Notes under the pieces: model-generated
What the model was told of the DNA's origin: nothing
The model's input: only the letters and a program-made list of their open reading frames with translations
Database searches by the model: none
From: Cyanophora paradoxa CCMP329
Lineage: Eukaryota > Plantae > Glaucophyta
Assembly (NCBI GenBank): GCA_004431415.1
Contig: QPMI01000408.1
Location: 620,001-684,000, forward strand
Reading direction: 5' to 3'
Length of the DNA: 64,000 nucleotides
Position numbers and translations under genes: made by a program
Shown here: positions 11,945-23,277 of the stretch, in pieces
How the letters are laid out: each line of letters starts with the position of its first letter
Numbering within the stretch: the stretch's first letter is position 1

Positions 11945-12183
11945 TTGACACAGCTCGAGGGGTACGTGACTCGGGGGCAGGGTTGACGTCGGACTTGCCA
12001 AGTTGAGAAACTTGTACGTATACTATGGAACTTCGGAATTCGAATCATTGAATTCGAAGTTCGGAATTCGGAAGCCTTGCAATTGAAGGCGCCAAATTAA
12101 ATATGTCCTGCTTTACAGCTGGCCCAGTGGCAGCAGCGATCATCGGAGCAGCCTGGCAGCCTGGCAGCCGGCGCCGCTGATCA
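11945..12183. repeat. Dispersed intergenic element, copy B, with palindromic insertions
   Basis: cgaggggtacgtgactcgggggcagggttgacgtcggact aligns to copy A, with additional short inserts. Confidence 0.8.
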
Positions 12184-12813
12184 GTGATCACATATGCATG
12201 AGCTGCAGTACTAGTATCGATATCATATGCATGGCATGCGCATTAATATTCGGATTCATGGCAGATCATGGTATCCGGTACGTACATGGACATGCATATG
12301 CGCTCAGCGGCTGGTACTTGGTACGTTCAAGCTATCGTCGGGGGTCGAAGTAGGGTGCGCGCGCGCGCGCAAAGTACTATAGTCGCGATCGAAAGATTCG
12401 AAACTAGCATGCGCATGGGCCGGGGGTCGAACTGGGCCTGTCTACGAATGCGTACCCGTATTTCGGTCCGACCTCGCGTCGACGTCGGTTGGAAGAAGAG
12501 CTCCGAGCTCTCAAAGTCGCAGCGATCCCGAACGCGTGAAAGGTGCGCGTGCCCTTCTGTCCTGCCACGGCCGCCGGGGTTGGCCAGGGCTGGCGGTTAG
12601 GCGTCGGTTAGTGGTAATGGGCCGAAGTGCGCCGAACCGCCCAGACGACGTATGCCTGTTCGCCGCTAGTAATTCCGGCTGTCGCGAAGCGGTCTTGAAG
12701 GCTACTGTGCGCCTCAGCCCTCGAGCTATGCAGTTTAAATGCCGCAAGTGTTTCGAATGGGTGCCGAGTCGACCCGCTCGCGCTCCTGACACATAATCAT
12801 GCAGGTTTTCAGC

Positions 12814-13654
12814 ATGGCTCTCTCGCAGTCGCACTATCTCCACCGCACCAAGAGCAGTGCGCGCCCCTTGACCCGAGTTGAACGTGCGACCGGCGTCCGA
12901 CGCACCACGTCCAGTGCGCTTGGGCGATACGGCGCCCTCTTTCGAGGCGTTCAACGCGGACGGGAGCGTGTTCGACTTCTCGGCGATCCTTGGCCGTGAT
13001 ATCGTGATCCTGCACCTTGTGCCTGGCGCGGCGGTCGACTTCTACACCAAGTCCTTGTGCGCCCTGCACATGCATTCAGACGACGCACAAGTTCAGACTG
13101 TCGGCGCGCAGGAAAAACTTCCAGGGTCTGAAGCCGCGGTTCGACGAGCTCGGTGCGATACTTGCCAAACTTCCCTTGACCATTCAATCTAATTTTTTGT
13201 AGGTGCCAAGGTGACGATTGGTTTCGAGTGCATCGCATGTTCGACCGGCTAACTCTCAGCGGAAGATTGTCAGCGTCATCGACCAGAACAAGCCCCGGGA
13301 GAATGCGGATATTGTTCGCCGGCTTGGCCTCACGTTCCCCGTCATCGCGGATCCTTACAACCGCGTGACTGTAAGCTCTGTTGCCAATATTTACCTGAAT
13401 GTCACTGACCTGACCCCCCCTGTCAGGCTCAGTATGCGCCTTCGGTTGCAGGGCTTTCCATCATGACGTATGTGATTGACCGCAATGGACGCATCCGCTA
13501 CACTTATGATAGCGTCGGACGCCCCTTCGACCACTCCGTCCGCGCTCTGGAGGCCATCCGGTCCTTTATTCCCGATGCCCCCGCACCCATTTTCGCATCG
13601 TCCACCGACCGTGCTATGGCTCCGAGCTCGGACGGCCCATGCAAGCTTATGTAA
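12814..13654 (+). CDS. BCP/PrxQ-like redoxin-fold protein lacking catalytic Cys and Arg
   Basis: Spliced MRLGDTAPSFEAFNADG..DIVILHLVPGAAVDFYTK..FDELGAKIVSV..LTFPVIADP..TYVIDRNGRIRY follows the BCP/PrxQ pattern. Includes an 8-nt microexon at 13203-13210. May start further upstream. Confidence 0.75.
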
Positions 13655-14066
13655 GCGCATGTTAACGCTTATTGCCCTGGTCTATTGTCATGTATGCGGT
13701 TTCCACTTTCTGTTTGCATCTGAAAGCCTTGGAGCACGCTCGAGCTGATTACGAAGCTCCAGAGCTGCAGTGTGCTGTGTTCATCTACAAAAGCTCGTGT
13801 GTGCTCCAGAGGCTCCAGGGCCTCTGCAAAAGCGTAATTAGAGTTCGCATTGGGAGGGAGATAGAGAAGCAGATTCACCGACTGCCGTCGATCCTCTTAT
13901 ATTTTGGAGTTCGAATTCTGCCGATTGTTCAACTCGGGAAGCCTTGAAGGGTCCGAAGGGGTCGGAAGGGCCACTAGTAGGGTACGCCCTCGATTGGTAG
14001 CGCTTCCGGCCAGCGGTCGCACAGTGCACGCACGTACGCACGCGTACAGCAAGCTCCGTACGGATC

Positions 14067-14388
14067 ATGCATGCCATCGCGAGGAGAGGCCTCAGCGGCC
14101 TGGCAACTCGCAGGCCTTTAATTCAATTCCGACATGCGCTGAAGAAAGCAGGCGAGCGTGATGTGTTCATCTGCAAAAGCTCATTGCCGATATTCGCGCA
14201 CAGGAGCGGGGACCGAACAAGCGACGCAACCCGCGCCGGCCAAGATTGCGTCGACGCCTGCTCCACCTGCCCGCCCCGCATCTGCGACCTCTGCTGCATC
14301 TGGAGTAGTCGTTAGGACGCGCTCATCGCTGCGACCAGCGCTCTCTGCCCGGGAGATTGACCTCATCAACAGCGGAGGCGCGCTCTAG
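14067..14388 (+). CDS. KGD4/MRPS36-like small mitochondrial protein (2-oxoglutarate dehydrogenase adaptor)
   Basis: N-terminal RRPLIQF and C-terminal LSAREIDLINSGGAL motifs with a Pro/Ala linker. GC-AG intron at 14152-14203. Confidence 0.75.
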
Positions 14389-15006
14389 AAGCGGGCCGGA
14401 GAACGCGAAACACCTCACGCCGGCTCTAGAGCGCGGCTAGATTGTACCTTCATATTGTAGTTTTGCAACTATTCGTACGCATGGCCTGCTTCACAACGGC
14501 GCAATTTCGTACCGATGACGTTGCGCACTGCGGCAATGCCCTCAAGCTGGCGCAAGCAGTGCCGGCGTAAGGCGGGGCGCCTCCGCTCAGATTCGACGGT
14601 CAGATCGACGCCACGACGTGCGCATGCATGTTAGCGTTGGCCGAGCTCTAGCCTAGTAGATCTAGATCTAGATCTAGATCTGGGCTCCATGCTTCATGAC
14701 GTTGCTTCGAATTCCTGCCCAATTGCAACTTGGCAAGTGCAAACTTCGAAGTTCGAAATTCCGAGTTCGGCGAAGCGGACCCATGGCCAGTCCACTGCCG
14801 CAGTGCGTGGGGCGCCGCGGCGGGGGCATCGATCCCGGGCTGCACACCTTCACTTCAGATCATTGTAACTTGCTTGAGATTTCACTATAATCATTCATTT
14901 CACTGATTCAACTGTCGATCTAGAACAGAACACTGCGGCTGCACAAATGAACGTATACAAGTTTCTGACTGTCTATTGAAATAGGGCCAAGGCCCTAGCG
15001 CAGGTT

Positions 15007-16259
15007 TCACTGGGGGGCGGGGCGGGGGCATGGCTGGATGTTCCAGATATCGCGGGCGTACTCGTGGATGGTGCGATCCGAGTTGAACTTGCCACCACCA
15101 GCAGTGTTCATGACCGACATACGAATCCACTTCTCCTTGTCCTTGTAGAGGTTGTCGACGCGGTTCTGGGCATCCAAATCTGCACAGAATTCAGTCACCA
15201 AGCGATTGGGGGCCGAGAGCCAAACAATGGAGCTTACAAGATGCGAAGTCAGCACCAACAAGATAGAAATCGTTCCCATTGTACAGAGTCCCAAGGAGGG
15301 GGCCGTAGTAGTCCGCAGGACCGAACCTGAGTGGCCACAGGATGTCAGAAGGCGAAACTTCGCGGATTGGAGGAGTGCGACTCACCAGCCCTTGTTGATG
15401 GTGTCAACCACGCGTTGCAGGCGCCCATCAACGGGCTTGCCGCCGAACCTAGGCATTTTCAGTTAGAGAACTGCCCCTGGCGCATCCAGGTTATGAACGA
15501 ACTTCATCTCGTGGCGGGCATTCTCGATCTCGTGTGCCTTCAGCCCGAACACGATCATGTTGTCGTCCCCAACCTTCAGAGAGGGTTACATGTCAAAAGC
15601 TGGATGGAAGGGGGGCAGGTGAGGCGAATCACTTGCCTCTTCACGAATCTCAATGTTGGCCCCGTCGAGAGTGCCAAGGATGATGCCACCATTGAGGGAG
15701 AACTTCATGCAGCTGGAACAAGAAGATTAGCAGGAAGCCATGCAAGAAAGCAGCAGCTGAAGGGACCTGGTGCCCGAAGCCTCCGTGCCAGCAGTAGAGA
15801 TGTGCTGGGAGATGTCGTTTGCTGGAACAATGACCTCGCACTGGGACACATTGTAGTTTGGAAGGAAGACAACCTGGAAAGGAAGGGAACCACATGATCA
15901 AACAGAAACAGCCACAGCGAAAGGGGAACAGACCTTGAGGAGGTTGCCAACGGCGGGGTCGTTGTTGACCGCCTGCTGGACACCGCCAATGAGGCGGATG
16001 ACACGCTTGGCCATGACGTACGACGGGGCCGCCTGCAAATACAGTTGTTAGAGGAAAGAGGAAAGACAAAGCATCTTTCGCTACTGAATCCCAACACACC
16101 TTGCCTCCGAAGACGCAGACGCGGGGGACCATGTCAGCCTTGGCCTGCTGGCTGGCATCCTTGATCACGAGGTAGCGGTGGATGACCCTGTTGCTCGATT
16201 CCGTGAGAAATGGGAGTCGAAGGCAGAAATAGCGCGGCGCACGAGAGGATGTTGAGGAA

Positions 16260-16292
<33 letters not shown>

Positions 16293-19202
16293 GATGTCAA
16301 AGAGCGCGTTGCAGTCGACCTGCACACCGACGGTCCTGCATGCACATCAGACAGGGAGGGCGATCCGGGTGCGAGCCGCACTTGTTGATGAGGGCCGCGA
16401 GGCGCTGCTTGTTCTTCAGCTTGACGTCGGCCCACTCCCGGCGGAAGTCAGGGTTGTTAATGTGCGCGCGCAGGCCCTGTTGGGCCGGCATCAAAAACTG
16501 CAGGACGCGCTATTTATGAGACAAAGTGAACCTTGAGCGCGTCCAAGTTGGTGAGGAACGAGTCGTCCTCGAGCCACTTGGTGCACAGAGACGTGAGGGC
16601 GGGGTTGCACTGTCCGAGCCAGCGGCGGGGAGTGATGCCGTTCGTCTTGTTCTGGAACTGTAAAGCGGCAGGATTAGCAAAACCACGATGGCGTGGCGCG
16701 CGAGTGGTCGGATGTTCAGCTAACCTTGTTGGGGAAGATGGTGACGAAGTCGGGGAAGATGGTCGACTTGATGATCTCAGAGTGGATGGCAGCGACACCT
16801 GCACAAAGACATTTGAGAATTCTTTAAAATAAGATTAAGCAGCGCGGGGCGGACCGTTGACGGCGTGGGACCCGACGATGGCGAGGTTGGCCATGCGGAC
16901 CATCTTGGAGCCGCTCTCCTCGAAGATGGAGAGCTTCTCCATCTTGCGGCCGTCCCCGCGGAAGCGCTTCTCGACCTCCATGAGCCAGCGGCGGTTGATC
17001 TCGTTGATGATCTGCATGTGGCGGGGCAGGAGCTGCGAGATAAGGTCCACGGGCCACTTCTCCAGGGCCTCCGGCAGCACGGTGTGGTTGGTGTACGCGA
17101 ACACCTGCCGAGGGCAAGACGGCTCAGGAAAGGCGGTGCCAGAGGGAGCGTCGGCGTCGCGCCTTGGTGACGATGTCCCAGGCGGCGTCCCAGTCCAGCT
17201 CCTCCTCGTCGAGGAGGATGCGCATCAGCTCGACGATGCCGATGGTCGGGTGCGTGTCGTTCAGCTGCATCGCGACCTGCACGGGCCAGCGATGAGCGCG
17301 GGGCGGGGGGGCGCTGGGGCGGGCCCGCGGGCCTTGTTCGGGATCTCCTTGAGGTCCCTCGGCTTCTTCTTGAAGCGGCGGAGGACGTCGCGGATGGTGG
17401 CCGAGCAGAAGAAGTACTGCTGCTGGAGGCGGAGGGTCTTGCCCGACCAGGTCGCGTCCGCGGGGTAGAGGACCGAGCTGATGTTCTCCGACTTCTGCTT
17501 GTCCTCGATGGCCTGAGCGCGAAAGACTCAGTCTGGCCTGGCCGACGGGGCCGAAGGCGGAAGGGAGTGTTTCGAAAATAAGAAAAATATACCTTGAAGT
17601 AGTCGCCCTGGTTGAACGAGCCGAGGTCGAACTCCTGAGCAGGGGATCGGCTCCGGCCGAAACGGAGAAAGAAATAAACAAAGAAAGAGAAAGGAAGGCA
17701 CCTTGGCGGCGCGGGAGGACCAGAGGCGGATGTTGATGGTGTTCCAGGTGTCGTAGCCGGGGATGGGCACGTCGTACGCGACGGCGGTCACGACCTCCCC
17801 GCCCTCCCACTTGAACTTGAGGCGGCCGTTGTCCTTGTAGGACGACACGGTGCCGAAGAAGCGGACGGGGTACGTAACGTCCAGGCGCTCGATCTCCCAC
17901 TGCGGGGCGACACCGTCAGCACGGAGCCTCCCCCAACGCGGAGCAGAGCGGAGCGAACAGGGTTGCCGAAAGTGAGCCAGTCTGCAGGGAGGCGCGTCAG
18001 CGAGCCGGCGGCGCGCGGGCGCGAAAGAAACGAATCGCTCACAGTCGGGGACCTCCACCTGGGCGCCATCCTTGATGCGCTGCTCGAACATGCCGTACTG
18101 GAAAGAGAAGGAATCAGCGGAGGCAGGGAAGGACACGCCAGTGGGGGCCTGCCTGGTAGCGGATGCCGTAGCCCCAGGCTGGGTAGTCGAGTGTGGCGAG
18201 CGAGTCCATGAAGCACGCGGCGAGGCGGCCGAGGCCTGTGCAGTCGTGTAGGTCGGCAGCGCCTCGGCTGCTAAGCAAGCGAGCCGGAAGCGCGCACCGC
18301 CGTTGCCAAGCGCGGCGTCCTTCTCCTCGTCGTACAGATCCTCAAGCTTGTAACCGAGCTGGCGAACGGCCTCCTCGTACGTCGACTGCGGAGCGACGTA
18401 AGAAACAAAAAACTGCAATTGAAACTGGGAGCCGGGCGCGCCTTCAGGTCCAAGTTCATGAGCGCGTTCTGGAGCGAGCGGCCCATGAGGAACTCCAGCG
18501 AGAGATAGTATACGCGCTTCACGTCCTTCTCCGTGAAGTACTGCTGGGTATCGTTCCAGCTCTCGATGAGGCGGTCGCGCACGCTGCGCCGGGGTCAACA
18601 GGAGGCGGGGCGACCCAAAGGGCAAGACTGACCTGTAGGCAACGGCACGGTAGCAGCCGGAGTTATTGAAGTTGTACCGCGTAAGAGCAAGCGTGTGCTC
18701 GATGTGGTTGATGATCGAACGCTGAACGCCGCGGACGGCTACGCAAAGAATGAGTCCCTGGCGAAGGAGAGAGTGCGAGGGCGGACGCACAGCTCGGCAG
18801 GTAGGAAGCCATAAGGTCGTGGAGACGCTGCGCCTGAGCGCCGGACACGCCGGCGGGCATCGGGTGCGCCGGCCCGGTATCACCTGCACGCCGGCCCCCA
18901 AAGAGTCGAAACGCGGAGCGGCGCGGGCGGGAGGTGGCCGGCCGCGAATCTCACCATCGAAGCGGGCGCGCGACCCCTTGCGATGCTTGTGGCTCAAGCC
19001 GTACGACGGCCTGCGAAACGGGCGCGTACGCGCGGTCGGTCGGGGAGAGTGGGAATGGGATTTCGAGGGAGGACGTCATGTAGAGAATAGAGTCATTCAG
19101 AGCATGGGCTCAAATTCGGAAACACGGACGCGACAGGAAAAACAAGGGAGGCAACCGGCCACAACGAACTAGTACTCACGTGCCAAATCCACTTGGAGAC
19201 AT
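15007..19202 (-). CDS. Alpha-1,4-glucan (glycogen/starch) phosphorylase, probably cytosolic
   Basis: [73 protein letters not shown] motif [25 protein letters not shown]. No clear transit peptide. Start inferred from in-frame spliced [12 protein letters not shown]. Confidence 0.95.
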
Positions 19203-19356
19203 GGGCTCTGCATGAAGCGGAGTCGCCGACATCTTGCAGCTGGTGGTTGATTCAGCGAACTTGCGCCTCCACTCGCCGAGGACGACCGAACGAGTACCCC
19301 TTCACGCTCTCCTCCCCCCTCTTGGCGGCTTGCTCAGGGCTGGGCGACGCTCCTTT

Positions 19357-21077
19357 ATGAGTCGTTCGAACACGCCGACCGCACACATAAACTTGGTTTG
19401 CTCCCGTCCCTTTAGTCGGTCGTGCTGCTGAGGTCCGGAGGTCGAGGCGTTTCACCTAGTTCCGCCCGCGCCGCGCCTCCGGAGCTGTTTCGACGCACAG
19501 TCGACCCTGCTGACGCCTCCCCACGGCCAGCCTGACGAGCAACCCACGTACCAAGTGCACCACCCGCGCACGCCAGGGCGGGAGCGCGGATCTACACCGA
19601 GAGCAGGCGTTGCCCAAGAAATGGTGCGAATCGTCCGGCGGGACGATCCCTTCGCTCGGATCGCTGCGGGCCTGCCGCGGCGCTTGGCGAAGCAGCAAAC
19701 TCACGCGCTCGTCCCTCGCCCTCCTCGCCACGCAGGCCGCGAAAGCAGACACCTTCAGTCCGGCAGTAGACGAAACGAGCGACCGCCAGGATGCCCTGGG
19801 GCGGCAGATCGAGCGCCGCGCCGTCGGACAACCGACCGCCGCCGTCCCAGCGCACTCCGAGGGCGAGCAGCACCCCACGCGCGAGGAGATGGAGGCGCTC
19901 GGTATCACTCAAGTTGCGGAGCCGGGTCACTTCCGGGACGAGTCTGCGCAGGAGGAGGAACTGCGCGCCGCCGTTAGCCAAGTGAGCGTGAATGGCCACG
20001 CGCCCCAGATCGTCCCAGCCGAGGCGCCAGCAATCGAGCTTGAACCCGAGCCAGTCGCTCCGCGCCCCGGTCCGCTCCTTCCTCTTTTTCTTGAGCTGAC
20101 AAACCCTAGCCTGATGCATTTTGTTTCAAGTAGACAAACTGATGGACGGGTTCAGCTGCACATCTTTCTTGCAACGAGTGTTCAGTTGCTTCTCTCCTCT
20201 AAAGAGGGTCTGTCCTCTTATTCTTCTCCTTTCTGTTGCGCTCTTACCCACAACAGAGATCCGCTGGCTTGCCGGAGTCTGAGGGTCCAACTTATCTTCT
20301 GTCGCCTATTCGCCCAGAGGACGCCGGTCGGAAGACCCTTGTGCTCGATCTCGATGAGAGCCTCGTCCACAGTTCATTCCAGGTCCCTCCTTTTTTTGGC
20401 GTCTCCCCGGCCAAGCTTAAGTGCTTCGCAGCCGACGGCTGAGCCCGATATTGTCCTGCCGTTTGCTGTTGGAGATCACGTGTACACTATGTACGTGGGT
20501 AAGCGGCCAGGAGTCGATGAGTTCTTGAGGCGAATGGTGCGTGGCGACTCAGAGCAGTGTCTTCCCTTTTCCTAATGATGGTTTTCAGGGCGAGCTTTAC
20601 GAGGTTGTCATCTTTACTGCGAGTCTCTCGAAAGTGAGCGTTGCCCTTGTCCTCGACTGAAGAGTTTTTTGGGTGTTGATGCAATCGTGTTCGCAGTATG
20701 CGGATCCACTCCTTGACAAGCTGGACAAGCACAAGGTCATTCGTGCACGGCTTTTCCGAGATGCTTGCATCACGCTTCGTGGTTGCTATGTGAAGGTGAG
20801 GCCTTGTGGTCTTTTTGCGGTGCATGGAGTCAAAAGAACACTGACACATCCACTGCAGGACCTCACACGGTTAGGGAGGCCACTCAAGAACACCATCATA
20901 GTCGACAATTCCCCCGCTTCTTACGTCCTCCAGCCCCAGAACGCTGTGCCCGTCACCTCCTGGTTCGGCTCAACAGAGGATCGGGAACTCTACGACCTCA
21001 TCCCCTTCCTGGAGCAGGCAGCACACGCAGACGATGTGATCGAGTTCCTTGCCCGCCGTTCTGCGAAACTGTCGTAG
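19357..21077 (+). CDS. CTD small phosphatase / NIF (SCP/Psr-like) HAD phosphatase
   Basis: KTLVLDLDESLVHSSF, YVGKRPGVDEFL, FTASL..YADPLLDKLD, RLFRDAC, KDLTRLGRPL..IIVDNSPASY. Confidence 0.9.
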
Positions 21078-22120
21078 TCCTGATGAAAGCTTGTTTGCCA
21101 GTGCGGTGGGTTTTTTTTGTATTCTTTTTACCGTTCCACACTGCAAAAAGCTGCAAAAAGTATTGGAATGAATCCCAGCCCCGAGCCGCTAAGAAGGGGG
21201 AGGTCTAAAATGGCGTGGATACCAGAGCGGCTTGGTTTGGTGGTCCTTCGGGAGTGGAGCACATACTTGAGAAGCACCTGTGTGACCAGCCGCGCTGAGC
21301 TGCATGCAAGATGTCAGCGACTCCGCTTCATGGAGCTCGAGAGCCCGGCCCGGCGCCGGTGGCCCATCGATATCATACAAGTGGCATGCAATGTCGCCAG
21401 CTGCAGGCCAAGTTTAATTATAAGTGGATTTGGCGCCGGCCCATGACTCTAGATCTTGGCGCCGGCCCATCTTGCGTTGGATGCCTCCGGATCCCGGCCC
21501 AGAAAATCCGATCAATTGCCGCAGTGCAAAGACGTCCAACGTTAACCTCTAATCGTAATCGCAACCTCTAATCGTAATCCCAGTTCCGCTCAAAGACGTC
21601 CTATAGCCAAGGGATGCCATGCCATGATGGTCATGATCATGATGGAATTAAGGCATGCATATGACACTGTGACACCAACAGCTGCAGTACCGGTCCGACG
21701 GTCTTTCTCAGGCCCTGATCATGAGGGCCCTTATCCCATGGCCATATGCATGCCACTCTCCGATCATCGGATCGAGGCTCCTGAGGATCCCTTGCTAATT
21801 ATAAAGCCGACTGCCAGGTTGACTAGGCGTGTACATGTATATTGCAATTCAAAATGATTATCAAGTTATCATAGTTTCAGAGTTTTATTGCAACTGGGCC
21901 GAGATCAAATGCATGATCATGATCGACATTATGGATCAAGCTGGCATTCATTCAATGAGTCTAACCATGTGTATGCCAGCAAGTCATCATGATCAGGCTC
22001 TGATATTGAACAAGTCATCAGAGGCAAGGCTGCAGGATCAATTGCTTGAACACTCACTGCAAAATATTAATACTCTACAACAAAAGTTCTGTGTTCGTAA
22101 GACGACCACTTCTCAAACAG

Positions 22121-23131
22121 CTAACCACGACGCTTGCTCTCCCTGACCTCCTGGCCCTTCTTCGAATTGTCTGAGCCAGCCCTGACCTTCTCCGATTTGG
22201 AGCGTTCCGCGCGCTCGCTTTTCTCGCTCTTCTCAGCTCTTTCGCTCTTCTCACGAGTTGGCGGCTTGCTCTGGCTGTGGCTGTGGCCCAGCTTGCCTTC
22301 CAGCTGAGCGATCTGTGGAAAGGCTCTAAGCGAAGGATAACGGCAGCACACCGCGAGCCGTACGCACTTTCTTCTCTAGTTCCGCGACACGCGCCTCGAG
22401 CTGCCCGTTGCCGCCCGCGGGAGGAAGCGCCCCGTACGGAGCCGGCTGAGCGCCATAGCCCCCGTACGGCCCGTACGCGCCGCCGCCGTAGGCGCCGGGT
22501 GCTGCCCCGGCGTAGTTGAAGCGGCCCCCGCCGCGGCCCTGTAAAGAGACGCCTGCGCAACGGGGAAGGTGTTTGCGGGGCAGGGCGTCCCCGATCGACG
22601 GCGCAACGACGTACCGATGCCGACGCCGTAGCCAACGCCAACGCCGCACCCGATTCCGCTCTTCATGCCCGGCAAGTCGCTTAGCATGCTCAACGCGTCG
22701 CTTAGCATGTTGAAGCCTGGTATCCTCGCGAATTGATAGGGGATTCGAGGGACGCCCGGCTGGGCTGAGGGACGGCTCAGCGCGCAGCCGACAGTCGCGA
22801 GCTCAATCTCGCACGCACAGTATCTAGGGACGGCGACTCCCACGCCTGCGCCGAGGCCGCACCCGACGCCCGCGCCGAATCTGTGCGCAGGAGTGAGGAG
22901 AGACCCGACCTACGCCGACCGCTGCCGCGCACCCGATCCCAGGCCTGCAGCACGAAAAAGCGTATTTGAGAGCGCTGCAGCGTAAAGGCTCGGCGATTTG
23001 CACCTTATTGAGACGCAGAAGTCGGTGCCAGGAACGCAGAGCGCATTTCCCCGACGCAGACCGCGTGGCGGAAGCGGTCCGCTGCCACCTTCCACCGGCG
23101 GCGGTGCTGGGTCTGCTTCCGGCGCGGCCAT
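22121..23131 (-). CDS. Glycine-rich putative membrane protein with C-terminal coiled coil
   Basis: Two GxGxGCGxGxG blocks (FGAGVGCGLGAGVGV; SGIGCGVGVGYGVGIG), followed by LEARVAELEKK/IAQLEGKL. Confidence 0.55.
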
Positions 23132-23277
23132 CGCTCGTCTGTTGTACCCCCTATCGTTTTTTTTCTTCGAGACGCTGCATATGCATGCTCAACCCTGCTA
23201 ATGCAGCTGCAGGAGACTCTCTCTTCCATATTCAATGATGTACATCGCTAGCTGCAGGAGGTAAATTAATGGCACGC

